In this document: positions 1 through 13,734 of the stretch, piece after piece
Layout: each line of letters opens with the position of its first letter
How positions within the stretch are numbered: position 1 is the stretch's first letter
NCBI RefSeq assembly: GCF_039654945.1
Contig: NW_027361840.1
Coordinates: forward strand, 10,354,001 to 10,418,000
Origin: Dendrobates tinctorius
Taxonomy: Eukaryota
DNA: 64,000 nt
Reading direction: 5' to 3'
The notes under the pieces: generated by a model
The model's input: only the letters and a program-made list of their open reading frames with translations
Database searches by the model: none
Told to the model about the DNA's origin: nothing
Translations under genes and position numbers: made by a program

Positions 1-2717
1 CTCTCATGTCGCTCTCTATCCAGGACCTATAAGGCTGCGCTCTCTCTACCTCTCTCTATCCAGGACCTATAAGGCTGCGCTCTCTCTACCTCTCTCTATC
101 CAGGACCTATAAGGCTGCGCTCTCTCTACCTCTCTCTATCCAGGACCTATAAGGCTGCGCTCTCTCTATCTCTCATGTTGCTCTCTATCCAGGACCTATA
201 AGGCTGCGCTCTCTCTATCCATGACCTATAAGGCTGCGCTCTCTCTACCTCTCTCTACCCAGGACCTATAAGGCTGCGCTCTCTACCTCTCTCTATCCAG
301 GACCTCTAAGGCTGCGCTCTCTCTACCTCTCTCTATCCAGGACCTATAAGGCTGCGCTCTCTCTACCTCTCTCTATCCAGGACCTCTAAGGCTGCGCTCT
401 CTCTACCTCTCTCTATCCAGGACCTATAAGGCTGCGCTCTCTCTACCTCTCTCTATCCAGGACCTCTAAGGCTGCGCTCTCTCTACCTCTTTCTATCCAG
501 GACCTATAAGGCTGCGCTCTCTCTACCTCTCTCTATCCAGGACCTCTAAGGCTGCGCTCTCTCTACCTCTCTCTATCCAGGACCTCTAAGGCTGCGCTCT
601 CTCTACCTCTTTCTATCCAGGACCTATAAGGCTGGGCTCTCTCTACCTCTTTCTATCCAGGACCTATAAGGCTGCGCTCTCTCTACCCAGGACCTATAAG
701 GCTGCGCTCTCTCTATCCAGGACCTATAAGGCTGCGCTCTCTCTACCTCTCTCTACCCAGGATCTATAAGGCTGCGCTCTCTCTATCTCTCTCTATCCGG
801 GACCTATAAGGCTGCGCTCTCTCTACCTCTCTCTATCCAGGACCTATAAGGCTGCGCTCTCTCTACCTCTCTCTATCCAGGACCTATAAGGCTGCGCTCT
901 CTCTACCTCTCTCTATCCAGGACCTATAAGGCTGTGCTCTCTCTATCTCTCATGTCGCTCTCTATCCAGGACCTTTAAGGCTACGCTCTCTCTATCCAGG
1001 ACCTATAAGGCTGCGCTCTCTCTACCTCTCTCTATCCAGGACCTATAAGGCTGCGCTCTCTCTACCTCTCTCTATCCAGGACCTATAAGGCTGCGCTCTC
1101 TCTATCTCTCATGTTGCTCTCTATCCAGGACCTATAAGGCTGCGCTCTCTCTATCCATGACCTATAAGGCTGCGCTCTCTCTACCTCTCTCTACCCAGGA
1201 CCTATAAGGCTGCGCTCTCTACCTCTCTCTATCCAGGACCTCTAAGGCTGCGCTCTCTCTACCTCTCTCTATCCAGGACCTCTAAGGCTGCGCTCTCTCT
1301 ACCTCTCTCTATCCAGGACCTCTAAGGCTGCGCTCTCTCTACCTCTCTCTATCCAGGACCTCTAAGGCTGCGCTCTCTCTACCTCTCTCTATCCAGGACC
1401 TATAAGGCTGCGCTCTCTCTACCTCTCTCTATCCAGGACCTATAAGGCTGCGCTCTCTCTACCTCTCTCTACCCAGGACCTATAAGGCTGCGCTCTCTCT
1501 ACCTCTCTCTATCCGGGACCTATAAGGCTGCGCTCTCTCTACCTCTCTCTATCCAGGACCTATAAGGCTGCGCTCTCTCTACATCTCTCTATCCGGGACC
1601 TATAAGGCTGCGCTCTCTCTACCTCTCTCTATCCAGGACCTATAAGGCTGCGCTCTCTCTACCTCTCTCTATCCAGGACCTATAAGGCTGCGCTCTCTCT
1701 ACCTCTCTCTATCCAGGACCTATAAGGCTGCGCTCTCTCTACCTCTCTCTATCCAGGACCTATAAGGCTGCGCTCTCTCTACCTCTCTCTATCCAGGACC
1801 TCTAAGGCTGCGCTCTCTCTACCTCTCTCTATCCAGGACCTCTAAGGCTGCGCTCTCTCTACCTCTCTCTATCCAGGACCTATAAGGCTGCGCTCTCTCT
1901 ACCTCTCTCTATCCAGGACCTCTAAGGCTGCGCTCTCTCTACCTCTCTCTATCCAGGACCTATAAGGCTGCGCTCTCTCTACCTCTCTCTATCCAGGACC
2001 TCTAAGGCTGCGCTCTCTCTACCTCTTTCTATCCAGGACCTATAAGGCTGCGCTCTCTCTACCTCTCTCTATCCAGGACCTCTAAGGCTGCGCTCTCTCT
2101 ACCTCTCTCTATCCAGGACCTCTAAGGCTGCGCTCTCTCTACCTCTTTCTATCCAGGACCTATAAGGCTGGGCTCTCTCTACCTCTTTCTATCCAGGACC
2201 TATAAGGCTGCGCTCTCTCTACCCAGGACCTATAAGGCTGCGCTCTCTCTACCTCTCTCTACCCAGGATCTATAAGGCTGCGCTCTCTCTATCTCTCTCT
2301 ATCCGGGACCTATAAGGCTGCGCTCTCTCTACCTCTCTCTATCCAGGACCTATAAGGCTGCGCTCTCTCTACCTCTCTCTATCCAGGATCTATAAGGCTG
2401 CGCTCTCTCTACCTCTCTCTATCCAGGACCTATAAGGCTGTGCTCTCTCTATCTCTCATGTCGCTCTCTATCCAGGACCTTTAAGGCTACGCTCTCCCTA
2501 TCCAGGACCTATAAGGCTGCGCTCTCTCTACCTCTCTCTATCCAGGATCTATAAGGCTGCGCTCTCTCTACCTCTCTCTATCCAGGACCTATAAGGCTGT
2601 GCTCTCTCTATCTCTCATGTCGCTCTCTATCCAGGACCTTTAAGGCTACGCTCTCCCTATCCAGGACCTTTAAGGCTACGCTCTCTCTATCCAGGACCTA
2701 TAAGGCTGCGCTCTCTC
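1..2717. repeat. 40-bp minisatellite (CTCTCTCTATCCAGGACCTATAAGGCTGCGCTCTCTCTAC)n, in intron 1 of the minus-strand gene
   Basis: Direct tandem repetition with variant units (about 30-bp short units, CATGTCG-containing units); runs off the left edge of the window. Confidence 0.97.
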
Positions 2718-2757
2718 GCAGTCACATTGCCCTCCATCCTGTCCTGTGGTCACTTAC

Positions 2758-2868
2758 CTGGACTCTCTCGTTCCCAGCTTCTTTGTCGGACTCCTCCAGG
2801 TCCTGATGAGACGCGGCCACCAACAAGAGGCCCAGAGCCAGGCACCCCAGCACCAGCAGCGCCCTCAT
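2758..2868 (-). CDS. First coding exon of an unidentified secreted/membrane protein (MRALLVLGCLALGLLLVAASHQDLEESDKEAGNERVQ)
   Basis: ATG at 2868, classic signal peptide (R, Leu-rich core, VAA cleavage-like site), strong donor CAG|GTAAGTG at 2758/2757, GC-rich unique island between two satellites. Confidence 0.75.
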
Positions 2869-3070
2869 CTCTGCCGGACGCTCCCCACTATTAACAATGC
2901 AAAAGTCTGATCCCCGCGCTGCAGTCACAGCCGCCCTCCCCCCTCTTCCTGTGTGATGGAGCCGCGGGGCAGAAATGTCTCTGTCCCTTCCCCCCTCTGG
3001 ATGAAGCCACTATGGGGTTAAACATCTGTGGAGAATGCAGCGACCCCCCAACAGGACACAACCCAGAGGG

Positions 3071-6000
3071 GCAGTATCCACAGGAGGGGATTAGATACAG
3101 CAGACAGCATCACACAGGAGGGGATTAGATACAGCAGACTGTATCACACAGGAGGGGATTAGATACAGCAGACAGCATCACACAGGAGGGGATTAGATAC
3201 AGCAGACTGTATCACACAGGAGGGGATTAGATACAGCAGACTGTATCACACAGGAGGGGATTAGATACAGCAGACAGCATCACACAGGAGGGGATTAGAT
3301 ACAGCAGACAGCATCACACAGGAGGGGATTAGATACAGCAGACTGTATCACACAGGAGGGGATTAGATACAGCAGACAGCATCACACAGGAGGGGATTAG
3401 ATACAGCAGACAGCATCACACAGGAGGGGATTAGATACAGCAGACTGTATCACACAGGAGGGGATTAGATACCGCAGACTGTATCACACAGGAGGGGATT
3501 AGATACAGCGGACAGCATCACACAGGAGGGGATTAGATACAGCAGACTGTATCACACAGGAGGGGATTAGATACAGCAGACTGTATCACACAGGAGGGGA
3601 TTAGATACAGCAGACAGCATCACACAGGAGGGGATTAGATACAGCAGACTGTATCACACAGGAGGGGATTAGATACAGCAGACAGCATCACACAGGAGGG
3701 GATTAGATACAGCGGACAGCATCACACAGGAGGGGATTAGATACAGCGGACAGCATCACACAGGAGGGGATTAGATACAGCGGACAGCATCACACAGGAG
3801 GGGATTAGATACAGCAGACTGTATCACACAGGAGGGGATTAGATACAGCAGACAGCATCACACAGGAGGGGATTAGATACAGCAGACTATCACACAGGAG
3901 GGGATTAGATACAGCAGACTGTATCACACAGGAGGGGGATTAGATACAGCAGACAGCATCACACAGGAGGGGATTAGATACAGCGGACAGCATCACACAG
4001 GAGGGGATTAGATACACAGATCAGCAGACAGTATCACACAGGAGGGGATTAGATACACAGATCAGCAGACAGTATCACACAGGAGGGGATTAGATACAGC
4101 AGACAGCATCACACAGGTGGGGATTAGATACAGCAGACTGTATCACACAGTAGGGATTAGATACAGCAGACTGTATCACACAGGAGGGGATTAGATACAG
4201 CAGACAGTATCACACAGGAGGGGATTAGATACAGCAGACAGCATCACACAGGAGGGGATTAGATACAGCAGACAGCATCACACAGGAGGGGATAAGATAC
4301 AGCAGACAGCCTCACACAGGAGGGGATTAGGTACACAGCTCAGCAGACAGTATCACACAGGATAGGATTAGATACACGGCTCAGCAGATAGTATCACACA
4401 GGAGAGGATTAGATACAGCAGACTGTATCACACATGAGGGGATTAGATACAGAAGACTATCACACAGGATAAGATTAGATACAGCAGACAGCATCACACA
4501 TGAGGGGATTAGATACAGCAGACAGCATCACACAGGAGGGGATTAGATACAGCAGACTGTATCACACAGGAGGGGATTAGATACAGCAGACTATCACACA
4601 GGAGGGGGATTAGATACAGCAGACAGCATCACACAGGAGGGGATTAGATACAGCGGACAGCATCACACAGGAGGGGATTAGATACACAGATCAGCAGACA
4701 GTATCACACAGGAGGGGATTAGATACACAGATCAGCAGACAGTATCACACAGGAGGGGATTAGATACAGCAGACAGCATCACACAGGTGGGGATTAGATA
4801 CAGCAGACTGTATCACACAGGAGGGATTAGAACCAGCAGACTGTATCACACAGGAGGGGATTAGATACAGCAGACAGTATCACACAGGAGGGGATTAGAT
4901 ACAGCAGACAGCATCACACAGGAGGGGATTAGATACAGCAGACAGCATCACACAGGAGGGGATAAGATACAGCAGACAGCCTCACACAGGAGGGGATTAG
5001 GTACACAGCTCAGCAGACAGTATCACACAGGATAGGATTAGATACACGGCTCAGCAGATAGTATCACACAGGAGAGGATTAGATACAGCAGACTGTATCA
5101 CACATGAGGGGATTAGATACAGCAGACTATCACACAGGATAAGATTAGATACAGCAGACAGCATCACACATGAGGGGATTAGATACAGCAGACAGCATCA
5201 CACAGGAGGGGATTAGATACAGCAGACAGCATCACACAGGAGGGGATTAGATACAGCAGACTGTATCACACAGGAGGGGATTAGATACACAGCTCAGCAG
5301 ACAGTATCACACAGGAGGGGATTAGATACACAGCTCAGCAGACAGTATCACACAATAGGGGATTAGATACAGCAGACTGTATCACACAGGAGGGGATTAG
5401 ATACAGCAGACAGCATCACACAGGAGGGGATTAGATACAGCAGACAGCATCACACAGGAGGGGATTAGATACAGCAGACAGCATCACACAGGAGGGGATT
5501 AGATACAGCAGACAGCATCACACAGGAGGGGATTAGATACAGCAGACTGTATCACACAGGAGGGGATTAGATACAGCAGACAGCATCACACAGGAGGGGA
5601 TTAGATACAGCAGACAACATCACACAGGAGGGGATTAGATACAGCAGTCAGTATCACACAGGATAGGATTAGATACACGGCTCAGCAGTCAGTATCACAC
5701 AGGATAGGATTAGATACACAGCTCAGCAGACAGTATCACACAGGAGATGATTAGATACAGCAGACTATCACACAGGAGGGGATTAGATACAGCAGACAGT
5801 ATCACACAGGAGGGGATTAGATACACAGCTCAGCAGACAGTATCACACAGGAGATGATTAGATACAGCAGACTGTATCACACAGGAGGGGATTAGATACA
5901 GCAGACTGTATCACACAGGAGGGGATTAGATACAGCAGACTGTATCACACAGGATAAGATTAGATACAGCAAACTGTCACACAGGAGGGGATTCGATACA

Positions 6001-9000
6001 GCAGACAGTATCACACAGGAGGGAATTAGATACGGGAGACAGCATCACACAGGAGAGGATTAGCTACAGCATACAGCATCACACAGGAGGGGATTAGATA
6101 CAGCAGACTGTATCACACAGGAGGGGATTAGATACAGCAGACAGTATCACACAGGAGGGGATTAGATACAGCAGACAGTATCACACAGGAGGGGATTAGA
6201 TACACAGCTCAGCAGACAGTATCACACAATAGGGGATTAGATACAGCAGACTGTATCACACAGGAGGGGATTAGATACAGCAGACAGTATCACACAGGAG
6301 GGGATTAGATACACAGCTCAGCAGACAGTATCACACAGGATAAGATTAGATACAGCAGACAGCATCACACAGGAGAGGATTAGATACAGCAAACTGTCAC
6401 ACAGGAGGGGATTCGATACAGCAGACAGCATCACACAGGAGGGGATTAGATACAGCAGACTGTATCACACAGGAGGGGATTAGATACAGCAGACAGTATC
6501 ACACAGGAGGGAATTAGATACGGGAGACAGTATCACACAGGAGGGGATTAGATACAGCAGACTGCATCACACAGAAGGGAATTAGATACAGCAGACAGTA
6601 CCACACAGGAGGGGATTAGATACAGCAGACTACTACACAGGAGGGGATTAGATACAGCAGACAGTATCACACAGGAGGGGATTAGATACAGCATACAGTA
6701 TCACACAGGAGGGGATTAGATACAGCAGACTGTATCACACAGGAGGGAATTAGAGACGGGAGACAGTATCACACAGGAGGGGATTAGATACAGCAGACAG
6801 TATCACACAGGAGGGAATTAGATACGGGAGACAGTATCACACAGGAGGGGATTAGATACAGCAGACTGCATCACACAGAAGGGAATTAGATACAGCAGAC
6901 AGTACCACACAGGAGGGGATTAGATACAGCAGACTACTACACAGGAGGGAATTAGAAACAGCATACAGTATCACACAGGAGGGGATTAGATACAGCATAC
7001 AGTATCACACAGGAGGGGATTAGATACAGCAGACTGTATCACACAGGAGGGGATTAGATACAGCAGACTGTATCACACAGGAGGGGATTAGATACAGCAG
7101 ACTGTATCACACAGGAGGGAATTAGATACGGGAGACAGTATCACACAGGAGTGGATTAGAGACAGCATCACACAGGAGGGGATTAGATACAGCAGACTGT
7201 ATCACACAGGAGGGGATTACATACAGCAGACAGTATCACACAGGAGGGAATTAGATACGGGAGACAGTATCACACAGGAGGGGATTAGATACAGCATACA
7301 GTATCACACAGGAGGGGATTAGATACAGCATACAGTATCACACAGGAGGGGATTAGAAACAGCAGACAGCATCAAGCAGGAGGGGATTAGATACAGCAGA
7401 CTATCACACAGGAGGGGATTAGATACAGCAGACTGTATCACACAGGAGTGGATTAGATACAGCAGACAGCATCACACAGGAGGGGATTAGATACATCACA
7501 CTATCACACAGGAGAGGATTAGATACAGCAGATTGTATCACACAGGAGAGGATTAGATACAGCAGACTATCACACAGGAGGGGATTAGATACAGCAGACT
7601 GTATCACACAGGAGGGGATTAGATACAGAAGACAGCATCACACAGGAGGGGATTAGAAACAGCAGACTGTATCACACAGGAGAGGATTAGATACACGGCT
7701 CAGCAGTCAGTATCACACAGGATAGGATTAGATACACGGCTCAGCAGTCAGTATCACACAGGAGAGGATTAGATACACTGCTCAGCAGTCAGTATCACAC
7801 AGGAGAGGATTAGATACACGGATCAGCAGTCAGTATCACACAGGAGAGGATTGGATACACAGTTCAGCAGTCAGTATCACACAGGATAGGACTAGATACA
7901 CAGCTCAGCAGTCAGTATCACACAGGATAGGATTAGATACACAGCTCAGCAGTCAGTATCACACAGGATAGGATTAGATACACGGATCAGCAGTCAGTAT
8001 CACACAGGAGAGGATTGGATACACAGTTCAGCAGTCAGTATCACACAGGATAGGACTAGATACACAGCTCAGCAGTCAGTATCACACAGGATAGGATTAG
8101 ATACACGGATCAGCAGTCAGTATCACACAGGAGAGGATTGGATACACAGTTCAGCAGTCAGTATCACACAGGATAGGACTAGATACACAGCTCAGCAGTC
8201 AGTATCACACAGGATAGGATTAGATACACGGCTCAGCAGTCAGTATCACACAGGATAGGATTAGATACACGGCTCAGCAGTCAGTATCACACAGGAGAGG
8301 ATTAGATACACGGCTCAGCAGACAGTATCACACAGGATAGGATTGATACACGGCTCAGCAGACAGTATCACACAGGAGAGGATTAGATACACGGCTCAGC
8401 AGACAGTATCACACAGGAGAGGATTAGATCCACGGCTCAGCAGACAGTATCACACAGGACAGGATTGATACACGGCTCAGCAGTCAGTATCACACAGGAT
8501 AGGATTAGATACACGGCTCAGCAGACAGTATCACACAGGATAGGATTAGATACACGGCTCAGCAGACAGTATCACACAGGAGAGGATTGGATCCACGGCT
8601 CAGCAGACAATATCACAAAGGATAGGATTAGATACACAGCTCAGCAGACAGTATCACACAGGAGAGGATTAGATACACGGCTCAGCAGACAGTATCACAC
8701 AGGAGAGGATTGGATCCACGGCTCAGCAGTCAGTATCACACAGGATAGGATTAGACACACAGCTCAGCAGTCAGTATCACACAGGATAGGATTAGATACA
8801 CAGCTCAGCAGTCAGTATCACACAGGATAGGATTAGATACACGGCTCAGCAGACAGTATCACACAGGATAGGATTAGATAAACAGCTCAGCAGTCAGTAT
8901 CACACAGGAGAGGATTAGATACACGGCTCAGCAGACAGTATCACACAGGAGAGGATTAGATACACGGCTCAGCAGACAGTATCACACAGGAGAGGATTGG

Positions 9001-9501
9001 ATCCACGGCTCAGCAGTCAGTATCACAGGATAGGATTAGATACACGGCTCAGCAGACAGTATCACACAGGATAGGATTAGACACACAGCTCAGCAGTCAG
9101 TATCACACAGGATAGGATTAGATACACGGCTCAGCAGTCAGTATCACACAGGATAGGATTAGATACACGGCTCAGCAGACAGTATCACACAGGATAGGAT
9201 TAGATACACGGCTCAGCAGACAGTATCACACAGGAGAGGATTGGATCCACGGCTCAGCAGACAGTATCACACAGGATAGGATTAGATACACAGCTCAGCA
9301 GTCAGTATCACACAGGATAGGATTAGATACACAGCTCAGCAGTCAGTATCACACAGGAGAGGATTAGATACACGGCTCAGCAGTCAGTATCACACAGGAC
9401 AGGATTAGATACACAGCTCAGCAGACAGTATCCCACAGGATAGGATTAGATACACGGCTCAGCAGTCAGTATCACACAGGAGAGGATTAGATACACGGCT
9501 C
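3071..9501. repeat. 34/41-bp minisatellite (CAGGAGGGGATTAGATACAGCAGACAGCATCACA; 41-bp variant with extra ACAGCTC dominates after ~7680)
   Basis: Direct tandem repetition over 6.4 kb. Confidence 0.97.
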
Positions 9502-9587
9502 CAGATGATGATTGTTGTCATTTGTCCTTTCCTCTTTCCCAATTGCAGTACATTTAATAGCCACAGGGGGCGCAAACCTGAGGACTC

Positions 9588-9624
9588 TGGGAATTGTAGT
9601 TTTCCAGATGGGCTATCAGGAAGT
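9588..9624 (+). promoter_or_regulatory. Promoter of KRAB-ZNF gene 1: ZNF143/THAP11-type motif (TGGGAATTGTAGT) plus ETS site (CAGGAAGT)
   Basis: Reverse complement of ACTACAATTCCCA at 9588-9600; ETS core at 9617-9624; ~200 bp upstream of the first coding exon. Confidence 0.7.
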
Positions 9625-9807
9625 AGAGGCTGTGTGAAGCAGTGCATGCTGGGAGGAGGCTGTGGCTCCTGGCCTCTGCACTATGCACAGTATTTAACCC
9701 TTGTACTGCCGTGTGCGGAGCAGCAGAGGTGACACAGAGACCCTGCAGCTTCCTGCTCCCATGTCACACAGATGTCACTCTGCAGCATCCCAGCCCCTGG
9801 CATCACT

Positions 9808-9822
9808 ATGACCCCTGGGCAG
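9808..9822 (+). CDS. KRAB-ZNF gene 1, putative coding exon 1 (MTPGQ)
   Basis: ACTATG ACC CCT GGG CAG|GTATGT; phase 0 matches the KRAB-A exon at 33728; promoter motifs parallel those of gene 2. Confidence 0.6.
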
Positions 9823-10067
9823 GTATGTACTCATGATTGACTCTTACTGCCTACCAATAACCGGGGGATTATAAACTCAACCGTAAATCAGTAATAACTG
9901 ATGTATGATGTCAGATAGTGAAGCCTGCATTATATCAGTAAGATCAGGAGCGGCTGCCAGAGCATAAATAGTTGCATTAAGGGACTGATCAAATTACATT
10001 ATTACTAATTACCTATAAAATTATGCAATTAATATAAAGAACAATCCTACATAACCAGATTGTTAAT

Positions 10068-11107
10068 ACATTACACTGCTAATCCAGTACTGATCCTGAG
10101 TTACATCATGTATTATACTCCAGAGCTGCACTCACTGTTCTGCTGGTGCAGTCAATGTGTACATACATTACATTGCTGATCCTGAGTTACATCATGTATT
10201 ATACTCCAGAGCTGCACTCACTATTCTGCTGGTGCAGTCAATGTGTACATACATTACATTGCTGATCCTGAGTTACACCCTGAATTATACCCCAGATCTG
10301 CACTCTCTATTCTGCTGGTGCAGTCACTGTGCACATACATTACATTACTTATCCTGAGTTACATCCTGTATTATACTCCAGAGCTACACTCACTATTCTG
10401 CTGGTGCAGTCACTGTGTACATACATTACATTACTGATCCTGAGTTACATCCTGTATTATACTCCAGAGCTACACTCACTATTCTGCTGGTGCAGTCACT
10501 GTGTACATACATTACATTACTGATCCTGAGTTTCATCCTGTATTATACTCCAGAGCTGCACTCACTATTCTGCTGGTGCAGTCACTGTGTACAAACATTA
10601 CATTACTGATCCTGAGTTACACCCTGAATTATACCCCAGAGCTACACTCACTGTTCTGCTGGTGCAGTCACTGTGTACATACATTACTTATCCTGAGTTA
10701 CCTCCTGTATTATACTCCAGATCTGCACTCTCTATTCTGCTGGTGCAATCACTGTGCACATACATTACATTACTTATCCTGAGTTACCTCCTGTATTATA
10801 CTCCAGAGCTACACTCACTATTCTGCTGGTGCAGTCACTGTGTACATACATTACTGATCCTGAGTTACCTCCTGTATTATACTCCAGAGCTGCACTCACT
10901 ATTCTGCTGGTGCAGTCACTGTGTACATACATTACATTACTGATCCTGAGTTACCTCCTGTATTATACTCCAGAGCTGCACTCACTATTCTGTTGGTGCA
11001 GTCACTGTGTGCATACATTACATTACTGATCCTGAGTTACATCCTGTATTATACTCCAGAGCTACACTCACTATTCTGCTGGTGCAGTCACTGTGTACAT
11101 ACATTAC
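10068..11107. repeat. 86-bp tandem repeat, segment 1
   Basis: Unit TACTGATCCTGAGTTACATCCTGTATTATACTCCAGAGCTGCACTCACTATTCTGCTGGTGCAGTCACTGTGTACATACATTACAT. Confidence 0.95.
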
Positions 11108-11755
11108 TGTTATGATTGAGTCACCGAGGAGGAAAAAACAAAACACAAGCTCAGCCCAGAAATCAGAGAGGTTGGAAACTAGCGGATTGCAGACCCCTAA
11201 TCCTATCACACAACTAGCAGTAGCCGTGGAGTATTCCTAGACACCTCGTCACAGCTGGAGATCTATATAAGCCTAAAGAGAGAAAAGGGAAAAACTGACT
11301 ACCCCAAAGCAATAGGCAGCCCCCAACATATAATGACGGTGAAGCAAGATGAAAACACTAACACAGATAGAAAGATAGGTTGAGCAAACGATGGGGCCCA
11401 AGCTAACTAAAAAGGACAGAACAGAAAAGCTGCTGTCTGCAATCCGAGAAAACCCTGCTAAAAGTATTACCAACACAACTGATAAGCAAAAAGAACCCTG
11501 AAGTCACTAGACTTCAAACCCTATATCAGCACTCAGAAAATTCTGGAAGCAGAGCAAAAGAGAACACTGATCAAGGAAAAAGAATCCAGCACACCCCTGG
11601 CCGGGGATGGCTGAACTCAAAAAACAAAGTAAACAAAACCAAAACTAATAAGTTTTTGCTCTGCTATTGAACTTATCTTTGGGAAGCAGGAATCAGACTG
11701 GTCTCCAAGAATCCAGCAGAGAAATCACCAGCGACTCAGAACGGCGTCGGCTGCC

Positions 11756-12934
11756 TTATATCCAGTCTGAAGTTCCCGTTATCCAGTCACCATCCACCTG
11801 GTCAGGTGTTTGGTTTCTTTCATCTGAATCAGCCTCACTACCTTCCTCCACCAGAAGAGGGAGATCCTCGGATACAAAAGATGAATGAACAGATGAGCTC
11901 ACAACAGTACCTCCCCCTTGAGGAGGGGTTACCGAACCCTCATCCAAGCCACCAGGCCAATCAGGATGAGCTCGATGAAAAGCACGCACCAATCTTTCGG
12001 CATGAATATCCGAGGCAGAGACCCAGGAATTATCCTCCTGACCATAACCCTTCCACTTAACCAAATACTGGAGTCTCCGTCTAGCCAGACGGGAATCCAG
12101 TATCTTCTCTACCTCATATTCCATGTTACCTTCAACCAACACAGGGTCAGGAGGTGCCGCCATAGGAACCACTGGTTCAACAAACCTCTTCAACAAGGAC
12201 TTATGAAACACATTATGAATCTTAAATGTGACAGGAAGAGCCAACCGAAAAGAGACCGGATTAATAATCTCCAAAATCTTATAAGGTCCAATAAATCTAG
12301 GTTTAAACTTTGGAGAAGCCACTTTCAAAGAGATATTCTTTGATGACAACCAGACCATATCACCCACCTTAAACCGGGGACCAATGGTCCTATGCCGGTT
12401 AGAAAACCGCTGGGCCTTTTCCTTGGAAAGAGACAACTTATCCACCACTTGGTCCCAAATCTGCTGCATTCTTTCCACCACAGTGTCAACCCCTGGACAG
12501 GCAGAGGACTCCACCTGCCCTGAAGAAAATCGAGGATGAAACCCAAAGTTACAGAAAAAGGGTGACATCAAAGTGGCAGAACTAGCTCTATTATTTAAAG
12601 CAAATTCGGCCAAGGGTAAAAATGAGACCCAATCATCCTGATCAGCAGATAGAAAACATCTCAAATAAGCCTCCAAAGTCTGGTTTGTTCTCTCCGTCTG
12701 CCCATTGGTCTGAAGGTGAAATGCAGAGGAGAAGGACAACTGAATTCCCAACTTGGAACAAAAAGTCCTCCAGAATCTAGAGACAAACTGAACTCCTCTG
12801 TCCGATACAATGTTCTCAGCAATCCCGTGCAAGAGAACCACCTGTTGCAAAATCAAGGGCACCAACTCTGAGGAAGATGGCAACTTAGGGAGTGGTACAA
12901 GATGGACCATCTTAGAGAATCCATCACAAATCAC
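11756..12934 (-). pseudogene. Element A integrase core, GPY/F motif, chromodomain and U3-encoded acidic tail
   Basis: IVSDRG, GQTER, FIGPY, YEVEKILDSR...YLVKWKGYG motifs; upstream frameshifts. Confidence 0.9.
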
Positions 12935-13734
12935 CCAGATAAGTCATCCTCTGAGAGACAGGCAGATCAGAAATAAAATCCATTGAAATATGGGTCCATG
13001 GCCTCCTGGGCACTGGCAAAGGCATCAACAACCCACTAGAACAAGAGCAAGGCTTAGATCGAGAGCAAGTCCCACAGGACTGCACAAAATTTCTGACACA
13101 CGAGACAAGGCAGGCCACCAAAAAGACCGACTCACCAAATCTCTAGTACCAAAAATACCTGGATGACCAGCCAACGCGGAGCAATGAAACTCAGACATCA
13201 CTTTCCTCCTCCACTGGTCAGGAACATATAACCTACCACTGGGACAACGCTCAGGCTTATCCTCCTGAAACTTCTTCAGAGCACGTCTCAAATCAGGCGA
13301 GATGGCAGAAAGAACCACCCCCTCAGCTAAGATGGTAGCAGGCTTGGTCACAATAGGAGAATCGGCCAAAAAACTCCTAGAGAGGGTATCAGCCTTAACG
13401 TTCTTAGTGCCCGGGAGAAAGGAGACCACAAAATCAAAACGTGTGAAAAACAAGGCCCACCTGGCCTGTCTCGGATTCAAGCATTTAGCCGACTCAAGGT
13501 AGATCAAATTCTTGTGGTCAGTGAGGACCACAACTTGATGTCTAGCTCCCTCCAACCAATGTCTCACTCCTCAAATGCCCACTTCATGGCCAACAGTTCT
13601 CGATTCCCCACATCATAGTTGCGTTCGAATGGGGAGAACTTTCGGGAAAAGAAGGCACAGGGGTTCATTTTAGATGTTACAGGATCTTTTTGGGACAAAA
13701 CAGCTCCTGCACCAGTCTCTGAAGCATCCACCTC

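Noticed and set aside
2758-2868. Assigning a gene symbol to the signal-peptide exon or to the ZNF genes
   Set aside because: Not recognisable from the available sequence; needs BLAST and synteny
3071-9501. CRISPR-like regular repeats
   Set aside because: No unique spacers, no cas genes, vertebrate context; ordinary minisatellites
9561-9573. CTCF site CCACAGGGGGCGC
   Set aside because: Only the 3' half fits; spacing is one base short of the consensus
10157-11115. Cluster of similar 64-118 aa ORFs
   Set aside because: Translations of the 86-bp tandem repeat
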